Below are positions 13,135 to 27,481 of a DNA stretch of 64,000 nucleotides, piece after piece (the first letter of the stretch is position 1; the number at the start of each line of letters is the position of its first letter). The position numbers and the translations under genes are program-made. Source of the DNA: Octopus bimaculoides (lineage: Eukaryota); the NCBI RefSeq assembly GCF_001194135.2, contig NC_068982.1:65212534-65276533 (forward strand), read 5' to 3'. The notes under the pieces are model-generated. The model saw only the letters and a list, made by a program, of their open reading frames with translations. It ran no database searches and had not been told where the DNA came from.

Positions 13135-13720
13135 AAAGCCACCCTACTTCGGTCACAAATGACCATAGAATTGCAATTAGAAAGTTCCCCTCTAAGGTAG
13201 AAGTCCAGGCAAATCTGTTTACGGAAGAGCAGCAGTCGCTCATGCATACCAGTTTCTCCTCTCCACACCGCTGATGTTGTCCAAGGGAAAGGCAAAGGCC
13301 GATATAGCTTGGCACCAGTGACATCATCATCATCATCGTTTAACGTCCGCTTTCCATGCTAGCATGGGTTGGACGATTTGACTGAGGACTGGTGAAACCA
13401 GATGGCTACACCAGGCTCCAATCTGATTTGGCAGAGTTTCTACAGCTGGATGCCCTTCCTAACGCCAACCACTCAGAGAGTGTAGTGGGTGCTTTTTACG
13501 TGCCACCGGCACGAAGGCCAGTCAGGCGGTACTGGCAACAGCCATGCTCAAAATGGTGTATTTTATGTGCCACCCGCACAAGAGCCAGTCCAGGGACATT
13601 GGCAACGATCTCGCTCGAAAATCCTTAGCTAAGTGAACTGGAGCAACGTGAATTAAAGTGTCTTAAGCAAGCTCACAACCCTATGGTTGTAAGTCCAATG
13701 CTCTAACCACTGAGCCATAC
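13135..13720 (-). mobile_element. CORE-like SINE (tail 2) interrupted by a family-D element
   Basis: Tail 13135-13321 and CORE/head 13626-13720 flank the insertion at 13322-13627. Confidence 0.65.
13322..13627 (-). mobile_element. Family D retroposon (tail GCTAGCATGGAAAGCGGACGTTAAACG(ATG)n) with internal tandem subunits
   Basis: Near-identical to 63761-64000; internal about 50-bp repeated subunit containing GGTGGCAC(A/G)TAAAA. Confidence 0.75.
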
Positions 13721-14837
13721 ACCTTAACCATTCCAACCTTGTGACAACCAATTTACTAAATGGTACTGAGTCAGGGTCTCTGTAATGGGACCCTAACCTT
13801 AAACTGATTATTGACTTAGCATATTTTATACCCTACCCCCTGCCCCACTCCCACCACGCATTTTTCTACCCCACATTGTAATGGTTGATTGATTTGCACT
13901 CTTTTTAAAGCATCCCTAATTGGATATAGGACGACCCAGCTTTCACAGAGATCAGCAAGTTAATCATAATGACTTCTATAAACGACCAACACCATTATTT
14001 TACGAGAGGTGGTGGCGGTGGGTAGGTAGATGAATGGCATGCAGTAATGGTGGTGGTGAGGATGTGGCAATGATGGGGGCAGGGGCAATTCATGAGTGTT
14101 GAATTTGATTGTCTTACTCTAGAATATTGCACTAGGTCACCAGGAGTAATAAAGTTAATCGTAGTGACCATACAAAGATTGCAGTGCTTCATATCAGGAT
14201 AAAAGCTTTTGGTAATTGTTGTGACCATGGTAGTTAATGATGGTGTTAAAGGCTGATACCTCCACAAACTACTGCTGTTGCTACTACTACTACTTCTACT
14301 ACCACCACTACCACCGTCACCACTACCACCATTACTACCACCACTATCACCATCACTACAATCACCACCACCTCCATCACTACTACTACTATGAGCTTCG
14401 TACACGTTTTTGCTAATTTGGTTTCTTTTGATCTTGTAAACAAGATGTGCTCCACCCATGGCACCCATGACATGATGTGACGTGATGGCAAACTGGGTGT
14501 GGTGGAGGTGGTGGTGGTGGTAATAAACAGTAATGATGCTTATGCTAATGTGGATGGTGGTGGTGACGGTGGCTGAGATGCAAGACATGATGTAACATAC
14601 AAGTTTACATCGACCATCTTCAACCTGCTCTCCCACCAACCCTTTCTGACAAATTCTTTCAAATTTATCAATTGAAGCTCTCTTTTTTTTTTTTTGGTTT
14701 CTAGGGTGTTTTTATTTATGGTTTTTTTTTTTTTTTGGTTTCTTCTGTCCACAACAACAACAACAAAAGGCATTGCTCTAAACTGATGGAGTTACTGAGA
14801 CTAGTTTCACTTTTGTCTGCAACAAGACTAAATTACA

Positions 14838-16203
14838 TAATGAAGCAAAAAGGTTAAAAATATTGTTTCCCAACCACATGGTTCTGGGTTCAGTCCCACT
14901 GCATGGCACCTTAGCCAAGTGTCTTTTAATATAGCTGCAGGCCAACCAAAGCTTTGTAAGTGGATTTGGTAGATGGAAACTGAAAGAAGCCTATCACACA
15001 CACACACACATATATGTATATATATAGATAGATAGATAGATATGTGTGTATTTTTGTGTTTTTCCCTGCTACCATCAATTGACAACCAATGTTGGTGCAT
15101 TTATGTCCCCTGTAACTTAGTGGTTTGGCAAAAGAGACCGATAGAATAAGTACTAGGCTTACGAAGAATAAGACCCAGGGTCAATTTCTTTGACTAAAAC
15201 CCCTTAAGGTGGTGCTGCAGCATGACCACAATTAAATGGCTGAAACAAGTAAAAGAATAAAAGAATGGCTATGTGGTTAAGAAGCTCACCTTGTAAGCAC
15301 ATGGTTTGGGGTTCAATCTCAGTGTGTGGCACCTTGTGCAAGTGCTTTCTACAATTGTCTCAAGTCAAGCAATGCGTTGTGAGTGAATTTGGTAGACAAA
15401 TTGTATGGAAGCCTACTGTATANNNNNNNNNNNNNNNNNNNNNNNNNNNNNNNNNNNNNNNNNNNNNNNNNNNNNNNNNNNNNNNNNNNNNNNNNNNNNN
15501 NNNNNNNNNNNTATGTGTGTGTGTGTATGTGTCTTCATGTTTGTCCCCCACCTCTGCTTGACAACTGGTGTTAGTTTGTTTATATTCTTTAATTTAGCAA
15601 TTTAGCAAAAGAGACCAACAAAATAAATAGCAGTCTCAAAAATAAGTTGATTCATTCAACTAAACCCTTCAAGGTAGTGCCCCAGCATAGCCATAGAACA
15701 ATGGCTGAAACGAGTAAAAGATAAAGGAAAAATAATGGAATAAAAACAACTGAAAATAATAATACTAGGTTGAGGAAAAAGTTTGTACGCTGCGTTAAAA
15801 TAATGAACTGAATGAACACATACACCACAAAAATATATAAAAAAGGCGTAGGAGTGGCTGTGTGGTAAGTAGCTTGCTTTCCAACCACATGGTTCCAGGT
15901 TCAGTCCCACTGCGTGGCACCTTGGGCAAATGTCTTCTACTATAGCCTCGGGCTGACCAAAGCCTTGTAAGTGGATTTGGTAGACGGAAACTGAAAGAAG
16001 CCTGACGTATATATGTATATATATATATATATATATGTATGTGTCGATGTTGGTGTGTTTACGTCCCTGTAACTTAGCGGTTCAGCAAAAGAGACCGAAA
16101 GAATAAGTACTAGGCTTTCAAAGAATAAGTCCTGGGGTCGATTTGCTCGACTGAAGGTGGTGCTCCAGCATGGCCACAGTCAAATGACTGAAACAAGTAA
16201 AAA
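14838..16203 (+). mobile_element. Three tandem copies of SINE family C (internal microsatellite)
   Basis: Copies at about 14838-15264, 15266-15726, 15845-16203: head GGCGTAGGAGTGGCTGTGTGGT..GGTTCAGTCCC, central GTGGATTTGGTAGACGGAAACTGAAAGAAGCC + (TA/TG)n, tail GACTGAAACAAGTAAAAGA. Confidence 0.8.
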
Positions 16204-16461
16204 GGGAGTAAGCATTATTTTAACACAGCGCACAAACTTTTTCCTCAGCCTAATACTAAAATAAAAATGCTAATACTATAAGTGATTTTCTTTTTTTTTC
16301 TTACATCATCACAAGGCTAGGAATTCTGTAGGGGTAAGAGCAGTCAGTTATATTGACACCTAATACTTGATTGATACTTACTTTATTGATTCTTGGAAAG
16401 ATGCAAGGTAGAGATGACCTCAGTAGGAATTTAACCCAGACTTATAAACACTACAAATCAA

Positions 16462-16573
<112 letters not shown>

Positions 16574-16688
16574 TTATTTGCCACCAAAGCAACAGATGGG
16601 AGGACAATACGAAGACAAAGAGTGGGGAATTTACATAGAATGGAATGATTGTGCATGTATGTATGTGTGTATGCATATATGTGTGTTC

Positions 16689-16749
<61 letters not shown>

Positions 16750-17974
16750 CACACACACACACAGAGGCTATTGATAAGGTTGCAAGACGCAACAAAAATT
16801 TTAGGAAAATAAAAAGAAAAATAAGTGGAATTTTACCAGTGAGTGTGTTAATTTTAAGGCACAATAAGAAAATGACTCTCCCCAGACACAACAGAATATG
16901 CTTCAACACACGAAATCACATANNNNNNNNNNNNNNNNNNNNNNNNNNNNNNNNNNNNNNNNNNNNNNNNNNNNNNNNNNNNNNNNNNNNNNNNNNNNNN
17001 NNNNNNNNNNNNNNNNNNNNNNNNNNNNNNNNNNNNNNNNNNNNNNNNNNNNNNNNNNNNNNNNNNNNNNNNNNNNNNNNNNNNNNNNNNNNNNNNNNNN
17101 NNNNNNNNNNNNNNNNNNNNNNNNNNNNNNNNNNNNNNNNNNNNNNNNNNNNNNNNNNNNNNNNNNNNNNNTATGTATGTATGTATGTATATATAAGCTG
17201 GTAATAGTGATGATGATAAATTTAAATGATAATGATAATAATGATCAAGGAATGAATTAATAAATAAATAAATGGATTTATAAACCAGCAGTTCCTCATG
17301 TTTGTACAAGTGGGTCCTTCAGCCAATTCTGTATGATGTCTTCATGGTTAATATTTGTTGCAACTGCAAATTTGTTTGTTTTTTGTTTTGTTTTGTTTTG
17401 TTTTTGTCTTCACTACCCTAACTCCTCCCACCCCTTTACTATTTTTCTTGATTTTCTTTTTTTTTCAAATGTTTGTTTCTTGAGGAAATTCATATTACTG
17501 AATTTTCTCTGAAAACTACATGCACATGTTTGTGTGTGTGTAAGTATATATGTATGTGCATTTATACATAACATATATTTAGATACACACACACACACAC
17601 ATATTCAATTTGAATAGGTTTCTGTTTGTCTTATTAAATACATTGAAATTTGCTTGATTTGTTTATTTGATATTTATTGTTTTATTTTCCTTCATTTATT
17701 TATACATTTATTTAAATCTATGTAATTTTTTTTTCTTCTTGTCTCTTTCTAAAGCTGTGCTGTGTTCATTTACTCTGTGAATAGAAACCATTAATGCTTG
17801 GATCAGATCATCCCTTGCTGCTTTTCATAGGAGGAATTCTGGAATGTCTTCAATAGTAGCACTACATTTCTGTAGGTTAGTCCCTTTTCAATCAATTCTC
17901 TGTGGAATGCTTTGTGTATTGCTAACTAGCATTTGCATGCATTTTAGTAGTAGTAGTAGTAGTAGTAGTAGTTA

Positions 17975-18580
17975 AGAATGGTGGTTTACTAAAATCATTA
18001 GAACATCAGACAAGCTCCCTTATGGTATTTGTTCTGGCTGTTTAGAGTCTGAGTTCAAATCCTGGCATGGTTTACTTTTCTTTTCAATCGTCATAGTATT
18101 GGTAAAGTACTGGAATCAAATATAATTGACTTCCTCCTATTAATACTTTCTGGGTACCAATACCTCCAAGGTGAATTTTGCTTTTCATCCTTTCAGAGTC
18201 ATTAAAATGTGCTGGAGTCAATATAATTCTCTATTATTTTTACCTAAAATTTAAGGGTCAGACTCCATAAGATAAAGTACCAGTCTTATATTGGGGTTGA
18301 TGTAATCAACTAACCCCTCCCTTCAAATTTACTGGCCTTGTGCCTATATTAAAAATAAGATTATGAAGGGCAGTGAATTTCAGAATTGTTAGTGTCAGAC
18401 AAAATACTTTGAGACATTTCTTCCAGCTCTTTACATTCTGAGTTCAAATCCTGCCAAGGTCAGTTTTGCCTTTCATCTGTCTGGGGTCAATACAATAATG
18501 TACCAGTCAAGTTCTGGGATCAGTGTAACCAACTAACATATTTCCAACAAAATTGCTGGCCTTGTACCTGAATTAGAAAC
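17975..18580 (+). mobile_element. Cluster of diverged family B SINE copies and fragments
   Basis: Repeated CTGAGTTCAAATCC, TTTCATC and AGTACCAGTC blocks. Confidence 0.65.
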
Positions 18581-19199
18581 ACATATATCACACACACACA
18601 GAGTTGTCTTTGTTACCATGTGGTTATGAGTTCTGTCTCATTGCACAGCATCTTGGTCAAATGGCTTCCACTGTAGCCTCAGGGCAACTAATGCCTTGTG
18701 AGAGTAAGCAGTAGATAGAAACTGTACGGAAACCTGTTGTGTGTGTATCATCAATGTGTTAATGTCCACTTTTTCATGCTTGACTGGATTGGACAGAGTT
18801 TAAGCCAGATTGTCTATCACCAAATGCCCTTTCTATTACCAATTCACATTTGTTTACAAACAATCTAATATATCCCCATGGATATATTACATTGTTTTTG
18901 TAGAGTATTGGAAATGAATGAAATTCCTTTACAACAGTCACTTGATGTCAAGACAAGGAGACACTACACACACATACACATGCTTACACTCACACATACA
19001 TATATACATATACTAGAGGCTTCTTTCAGTTTCTGTATCCACTCACAAGGCTTTGGTTAACCTAGGACAATAGTAGAAGACACTTGCTCACTCAAGGTGC
19101 ATTGCAGTGTGACTGAACCTGAAACCATGCAGTTAGGAAGCACACTTCTTCACCACATAGCTGCATATGTGTGTGTGGGGTATGTATTATGTGTAGAGT

Positions 19200-19534
19200 A
19201 AAGGGTCAAGACCTCCTTTGGTCGTGAATGACCATAGGATTGCACATAGAAAGCTCCCCTCTGAGGCACAAGTCCTGGCAAAGTGGTTTGTGGAAGACCA
19301 GCAGTCGCCCATGTGTAACAGCCTTCCCTCTCCACATCACCAATGTTATCCAAGAGAAAGGCAAAGGCCGATACAGCTTGGCACCAGTGACATTACAACT
19401 CATTTCTACAGCTGAGTGAACTGGAGCAACCTGAAATAAAGTGTCTTGTTCAAGAACACAACACACTACCTGGCCCAGGAATCAAACTTACTATCTCATT
19501 ATTGTGAGCCTGATATTCTAACCACTGACCCATG
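19200..19534 (-). mobile_element. SINE: tRNA head + CORE-like domain + tail 2
   Basis: Same head and CORE-like block as 12975-13114 but a different 3' tail, shared with 34815-35086 and 13135-13321. Confidence 0.7.
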
Positions 19535-20132
19535 TATATTGTGTGTGTCTGCATGCATTTGTGTGTGTTTCTCTGTATGAACATTTACATTCTTTTGCTT
19601 CACATGTATAGTATTGATCTAAAAACGGAGACATTTGTTGGCAATCCTTGTCAGTAATATTATTCTCTAGCTCTGTACTTTCAACGATAAGTGAAATAAA
19701 AAAAAATCTCTTACATGAAAAACAGGACAGTGTTAACAACAGGAAGGGCATCCAGCTGTAAAACAATGCATCAATAATATGTATTTCTCTACCCCATGCT
19801 AAAAATGTGTGTGTGTGTGTGTGTGTAAGGATGTAAAGAGGCTCAAAATATACAGGCTATGATAATGATAAAAACATTAGCGGATTAGATTTTAAATGTT
19901 TCTTTATTAGTGGGGGGAAAAAAAAACATAAAGAAATAAAGAAGAAAAAGGAAATAAAAAAAGAAAAGGGAAACAATAGAGAAAATAGTTTCTTGCTAAA
20001 TAATTACATTTTCACTGCATCAATTAAGTTTATCTCTGTTGCTAGGTTGAATTAGCTAATGCAGAAGAGCCCTACTGGAATTCCATTATAGTTTTAAATA
20101 GTCAAATAAATACTGTAATTGTTTTAATGTGA

Positions 20133-20168
<36 letters not shown>

Positions 20169-23100
20169 AATACAGATGGCATTCAAATTTGCTTTGATGA
20201 CGTTAATGATGAAAATCAGGACGATAATGATCAATCTCATCATCGTCATCATTATCATCAGTTTGTGTACATCACCGACTGACAAAGAATTGGTCTAACT
20301 TAACACAAGCCTTCAGAGATTACAAAAGGTACAACTGTGGATTTGGCTTCAGAAGAGAACTGTGTTTGTGGGTGTATATGTATGTGTGTGTGAGAGAGAG
20401 AGAGAGAGATGTGAGAAGAGATATATTTCCCCAAAGTTTCTTGAGATTTATAGCATATTGATCTAAGGTTCATTTTGCATGCTTTAGCCATCACCACTAC
20501 TGCTGCTGCTGCTTCTTATTTGCCTTCCTTTTCTCCATTTTCTTTCTCTTTTTCTTTGCCTTTTTCGTCTTTTTCATTTCTTTGCCTTCTTTTTCTTCTT
20601 TACTTTCTTTCTTCTTTCCTCTTTTTTCTTTCTTCCATCACCTCTTTCTTCTCCCCATCTTTCTTCTCCCCCTCTTTCTTCTTTCTCCTCCATCGTCATC
20701 TCTCCCTCCTCTGGGAAGCCTTGAAAGGATTAGTGGAAACAGATTTGCAACATGGATCTGCCTTCTTTAATTCCAATAATGTCCTTACTCAAAGAAGGGG
20801 TCTCACTACAGATCTTTTACCCAATGCAGCATTTTCACTGTGGTTGACCCTATATTCTCTTTGTTCTAATAATAATAATAATAATGATGATGATGATGAT
20901 GATGATAAGAATAATAATTGTTTCTAATCTCTAATGTCATATAATACAGTTTGTTTTAGTTCCAGTCTTCCAGTGTAATATCAGTGGGAATGCTTAAATC
21001 AAAACTTGGATTCATGTGCCATAAAAGGTTCACACAAATGTATGGACACAAACACACATGATTTGTGCCCATACTCCCCCCCCCCACGCATGCGCACACA
21101 TAATCACACATTCAACACATACACATCATAAGCACATGAGCATGCACACAAGATGCACATGAACACAAAGCAACAGAAATACACACATGCATGCACACAA
21201 CACATGAACATATACATACAAATCACCTATGAACACCTACATCAACATACATACACACAAGCACATATGGACACATACATAAACACACTCTCACAGAACC
21301 ACACACACACACACACACGTGCGTGCGCACACACAGAACATAAAAATGCACATGAACACAAGCAACATGAATACATTGCATGAAACCACATGAACAGTCA
21401 TACATATGAACATAAACACAGGCACACAAGCCCACATGGACATATGCACAAATGCATTTGCACACACACTTAACTATGCATGCTGGAAAATATCTGAATA
21501 AAATATGGTCTTCCATGCCAACCATGCCATCTCCAACACAAGAAATATGTCAACCATCTAGTACCAGGCATCAGTCACCAGTGATCAGCCACTCTCATCT
21601 CCAGCCATGAGTCATTAGTCACCCCATCAATCATTAACCACCTGTTATCATCCGTCACCAACAGCCAGTCAATAGACACCACAATCACTAACCACCAGCC
21701 AATCACTCACCATCAATCATTGACCACTTATCATTCATCATCCATCCTTATCATCAGCCAGTCAATAGACATCCTAATAACCAACCACTAGCCATCACTC
21801 ACCATCAATCACCAACCATCTTCCATCAGTCATCATCAGTCACCATCCACCAATTATTGACCACTGTTCATCACCAAACATGAACCATCAAGTACAAGCC
21901 ATCAACCACCATCAATCATTACCCATGAACCATCAGTCACCACCAGTCATCAGACACCAACCTCTCACCATCCAGCAGTCACCATATATCACCCAACACC
22001 ATCCACTATCCATCCACCAACCACTAGCCTTTCTTTACAAATCTTCATTTCTTCTTGTTTTCATGTTTACTCTTTTATTCCATTTGTTCTTTTTGTTTTT
22101 TCATTTGTTTTTTTTTTGTTTTATTTATCTAATCTTATCTATTCTGCATGAATTAGCAAACAGCATCTGTTAATCTATTAATGTGAACACACCTGTTGAA
22201 TATGCGCATGTACCATGCACAGCATGAGATAGAAATTTGTGTGTGTGCGTGTGTTTGTGTGTGTGTGTGCGTGTGTGTGTGTGAGATTGTGTGCGTGTGT
22301 GTGTGAGATTGTGTGTGTGTGTGTGTGAGATTGTGTGCGTGTGTGTATGTATGCATGTGGCTGAGTGTGTGCATGACTGTGTACATGCATATGAATAAGT
22401 GTGTGTAAATATGTTTCTATATGTGCTAACATGCTTCTCTGTGTGTGTATATATATGTGTGTATGTTATATATTTCGTATGGTAAAGTATGTTTATATGT
22501 TCAAAGCATACAGTCTTGCTGTGGAATTACTCTAGGGGTTATAACCCAGATTCTTGGCAAAATAACATTGGTAATGGAAAGAACAGTCCATGGCTCGTTA
22601 GCACCCTTTGGTCTTCCCGTTACTTATACAGGTTTGCTTAGAATTTAGGCTATGCCTGCAAGATTAATTCCACAAGCTTTACGCACACACACACATGTTT
22701 ATACGGTTCATATATGTAAAGTCATTAGTTTTCATGACCCAGATGATGTAGAGAGAATGTGTGTGTGTGCGCATGAGCATCTGTGTGTGTGGATGTTCAT
22801 ATATGTCTGTATACACTGAGCTATCTGCATGTCTGGATGAGAGGAACACTGTGATATCTCACTGCCTCGCATGTCAATTCTTGTGGAGACCTGTGATCAT
22901 AGATATATTTAGTTCTAACGTACAGTTATTTGCTCTGGTAGGGCAAAGCAGAAATATAAAGTGTGTGTGTGTGTGTGTGTGTGTGTATCTTTTATCTTTT
23001 ACTTGTTTCAATCATTGAACCATGGCTATGCTGGGGCACTGCCTTGAACTGTTTAGTTGAACAAATCTGCTCCAGTATATTTTTGTTTTTTTTTAGTCTA

Positions 23101-23858
23101 TAGATGTCTTTTGCCAAGCTGCTGCATTATAAAAACATAAACAAACCAATACCAGTTGCCAGGCAGAGGTAGGGACATGCTCACACACACTTCTACACAG
23201 TTTCCATCTACTAAATTCATTCACAAGGTATTGGTCAGCCTGGGGCTCTTGTAGCATTCAAGGTACTGTGCAGCATGACTGAACGCAAGACCATTTTGTT
23301 ACAAAGTAAGTGTCTTAACCATACAGCAATGTGTGTGTGCCAATATGTATAGACAAAATACATGTATAATATCTGTATGTCTGTATTCCTTATAGAAGGG
23401 TTTTCCAAGCCATTCTAGCAAGGTAAAAGTGAATGTAAAAATGATCGCACATGCAGTCAGATATTCAAATAAATGCACGTACATGCATTTGATAAAAGCC
23501 CCCACAGTCACGTGAGCACATGAAGCCATACACACACACACACACACACACATCATTCATATATGCATACATACATAAAACTATATACACATTTTTACTA
23601 GTAATGTCACTGACATATACCATTAATTTTGTTTTATTATTATTATTATTGCTTTTTTTCCTTTTTTTTTAATCATTCACCTCCTGCATCAGACATGATC
23701 CACATGCTGTTATGAACCAGGGGAAGCTTAACAATTACTATGTAAATGAACATAACCCAAATCCATCATTAGTTGCAGAACCAGCCATTACTTTTACATT
23801 CTGCTAAAAGTTAAACATCATAAAATGTTTTTTCAGGCAACTAAAAAATACATACACC

Positions 23859-23915
<57 letters not shown>

Positions 23916-25368
23916 ATAATAAAAAAGAAAACAGGAAAATCAATTCAGGAAACAAGCAAGCTATATATTTCCATTAGTATTGTATGACATTTATTTTTAT
24001 TTTTGCTGAAATCAAAATCAGATAAATAGGGGAAGCAGATGAATGCAGTTAAAAATTCTCTACCAATAACCCCCCCACACACACACACACACACATACAT
24101 ATATATAAAGGTTTCAATAATAATATTAAATAAAAAGCATAAATTTGTCAATTTTGAAATTTAATTTCTAATATAAAAAAAAATTGCCCTTTTTGTTTTG
24201 TTTTTTTGTTTTTTGTATAGTAAATTTAACATAATTTGCATATATTTTAGATGTTAAACAGAACGTATTTAATTGAATTCTCAATAATTTGCTGGCTGAA
24301 TGCTCTTAAAAGTGTTAATGACTGTACAACAAATAGCTTAGGATGTTGTAGTATCAGAGTGATTGTCCCATAATTTTTGTGTTTTTGTTTGTTTTTTTTT
24401 TTAAACTTCCTTCAATTTACATTTTGTTTTGAAATAAAATTTCATTCAACCAGTACTAGATGAGCTATAATTCCATCCATCTGTTCGTCCATCCGTTCAT
24501 CCATCTACCCTTCCAGTGCATACAGACAAAAACCCAGACAAAAACTATAAATAATTAATAATTACTAAATATAAAAAGTTACTGGTTTTCAATTCATTAT
24601 AAAAATACTAATTTAATGCATGGAATTCAGTGAATGGATGCTATTTTAATGTTAGACAGACACAATTTCCTTTCCCTTTCAAACTTGATGTTTATACTTA
24701 TAATAACGCTATTAAACACACGTGCTGTGGATTTCGTTTCTATTATACAGTAAGTATCTTGCACGTAAAGGCATAACTCATTCTGCCTCTTTGCTCCATG
24801 CCATTACAGAGTGAGAAGTGTGGACATGTGTTTTATTGTGTGTGTATTTGTTAGATTGCATATGTGTTCACTGCTAATGATTGAACTGATTATTTTTTTC
24901 ATTTTATAGGAGTGTGTAGTCATATGAAATAGAAATAATGAGCCTGTATGTANNNNNNNNNNNNNNNNNNNNNNNNNNNNNNNNNNNNNNNNNNNNNNNN
25001 NNNNNNNNNNNNNNNNNNNNNNNNNNNNNNNNNNNNNNNNNNNNNNNNNNNNNNNNNNNNNNNNNNNNNNNNNNNNNNNNNNNNNNNNNNNNNNNNNNNN
25101 NNNNNNNNNNNNNNNNNNNNNNNNNNNNNNNNNNNNNNNNNNNNNNNNNNNNNNNNNNNNNNNNNNNNNNNNNNNNNNNNNNNNNNNNNNNNNNNNNNNN
25201 NNNNNNNNNNNNNNNNNNNNNNNNNNNNNNNNNNNNNNNNNNNNNNNNNNNNNNNNNNNNNNNNNNNNNNNNNNNNNNNNNNNNNNNNNNNNNNNNNNNN
25301 NNNNNNNNNNNNNNNNNNNNNNNNGGAAGGTTTGGGGGTGATGTACAGGAATTATATATATATATACA

Positions 25369-25495
25369 CAGGGTGTCCACAAGGTCTGGGTACATGGAGT
25401 AAATAAAATCATAACCTAAACAATTAAATATAAGAAATAATAATTTCTTAAAGTATGTGTTAATCCCCATGTACCCAGACTTTGTAGACACCCTG
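25369..25495. mobile_element. Tc1/mariner-type MITE (127 bp)
   Basis: 29-bp TIRs CAGGGTGTCYACAARGTCTGGGTACATGG (25369-25397 / 25467-25495, 2 mismatches), embedded in (TA)n. Confidence 0.8.
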
Positions 25496-26008
25496 TATGT
25501 ATATATATATATAGTGTGTGTGGGGATGGGGTGCATGCACATTTATGTGTATCCTTGTCTTGACATGTGATGTTTGTAAATGAGTTTTACTGTCATATAA
25601 GTGATGTTGTTCATTTCTAGTCTTCCATGAAAATGTCTGGCCATGGAGGAATATTACCTTACTTGAAAACAGGTGAGGGTTGGTGACAGAGGGCTTAGAA
25701 AAACTGAAGGCCCACTGCAATAAGTGTGTGAATCTGAGAGGGGAATATGTTGAATAAAATTATGATTAAATGATCCTCCTGTATTTTCTTTTACCCAAAG
25801 CCAGAAACTTTTCAGTACCGCCTTGTAACTCTTCTTTATGCATAAACGTAAATATGTATATGCATACAGGAGCAGTATGGCTTTGTAATAAGAAGTTTGT
25901 TTCCCAACCATGTGGCCTTGGGTAAGTGTCTTCTATAGCTCTGAGCTAACCACTCATCAAAGCCTTGTGAGCGGATTTGGTAGATGGAAACTGAAATGAA
26001 GCCCATCC

Positions 26009-26545
26009 AATACATATATAGACAGGAGTTTCAGTTGTTGATTGGGAGAGGGAGGTATAAGACCGAAATGGATGGAGGAAAAGTGTGCACAGTGGTGGTT
26101 CGAAGTTTGAAAGAGAGAGAATGAAGTATGGGGAGATCAAGAGAAAGCTTAGAAAGAATGAACCTGTGGGAAATGAAGGACTGTTGCTTCTTATGAGTGT
26201 GATTTGTGGGAGGAAATACTTGAGTCATACAGGTCTGGATAGCCATCAGCAAACTCAGAAATCAACCCCTTGTAAATTGTGATACAGCTATTGTTCACAA
26301 CAGAACATGTGCAACCTGTGGAAAGGTGTGCCATTCAGTTGAAAGATTAAAAGGCATGTCAAAAGATTTCATACTGTGGCACCTGTTCCTTCTGCTAGTC
26401 AGCACAACTGTGCATTATGCAATGGGATGTGCAAATCTTTAGCTAGGCTCAAGTGTCATACAAGGGTCTCACATTGCATCATCAATGACTCATTTCAATG
26501 ATTCTTTCTAGCAATGACTTTGGTTGAACACAAAGCAGCTACTGC

Positions 26546-26578
<33 letters not shown>

Positions 26579-26587
26579 TAAATAAAT
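26009..26587 (+). mobile_element. 3' fragment of an RTE-clade LINE with three C2H2-like fingers
   Basis: 26025-26501 reads (with a stop and frameshifts) GVSVVDWEREV*DRNGWRKSVHSGGSKFERERMKYGEIKRKLRK...ICGRKYLSHTGLDSH...CATCGKVCHSVERL/KRHVKRFH...CALCNGMCKSLARLKCHTRVSH. WE..A.DR..WR...FE..R is the RTE C-terminal motif. Flanked by AAATGAAGYCCATCC repeats; (TAAA)n tail. Confidence 0.8.
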
Positions 26588-26745
26588 AAATGAAGTCCAT
26601 CCTGTTTGTATATATATATATATATATATATANNNNNNNNNNNNNNNNNNNNNNNNNNNNNNNNNNNNNNNNNNNNNNNNNNNNNNNNNNNNNNNNNNNN
26701 NNNNNNNNNNNNNNNNNNNNNNGTATATATATATATATATATATA

Positions 26746-26944
26746 CTAGAAACAGGAGCTAATACACCACCAACTCAGTCCACCCACCCCCATTCCATTT
26801 TCGGAAAATAAGTGCACTGTTATCTGTGGAATGATCAAATTAATTGAAATGACACAAAAAAACCTGAAATATTATCTATTTTAATTACTGTTTTTAGCAG
26901 TCAGTGTACAGACAAACAACTTTTGCTTTTTATAAGGATATAGA
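26746..26944 (-). mobile_element. Non-autonomous Helitron
   Basis: Minus strand starts TCTATATCCTTATAAAAAGC...GTTTGTCTG after an A and ends CTAG before a T (A|T insertion site); 3' hairpin decayed. Confidence 0.55.
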
Positions 26945-27481
26945 TATATATAAATGAAGCCCATCCTATATGTGTATGTTACTGTCGCCCTGCCTTGACT
27001 TTGCGTAAGACTTGTCAACAAATGTCGCCAGCATGCAAGTGGTGTCCTTCATTTTTAATCTTCTATGAAAGCCTGTCTAGTCATTAGGAACATTACCTTA
27101 CTTGGAAACTGGTCAGGGTTGGCAACAGGAAGGGCATGTGGCTGTAAAAAATTCACCTCAATCAATTCTAGCTTACCCATACAACATGGAAAAGTGGATG
27201 TTAAATATGCCTAGCATTGCCATCGTCCAATGACTGAAACAAGTAAAAGAACGAATAAGAGGACATGAAATATTAGTACACATTATCTTTTCTAATATAG
27301 ATCCAAATCCTTAACAAATTTTGTAGAAGGCGATAGACAATTAAATCAACCCTAGTACTGGTACTTTATTTTGTCAACTCTGGAAGGATAAAAGGCAAAG
27401 TTGACCATAGCAGGATTATGAATCCCTTAGTTTGGTTTCCTTTTAAAATATCCCTTTCTCTATTGATTATCCTGATTAAAC

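Noticed and set aside
13322-13627. CRISPR-like or prokaryotic arrays in repeated subunits
   Set aside because: Subunits are internal to a dispersed eukaryotic retroposon; no repeat-spacer periodicity or cas genes anywhere in the window.
17756-17875. Plus-strand segment with a strong acceptor and a GTTAGT donor
   Set aside because: All frames from the acceptor are closed; a non-coding exon cannot be shown from sequence alone.
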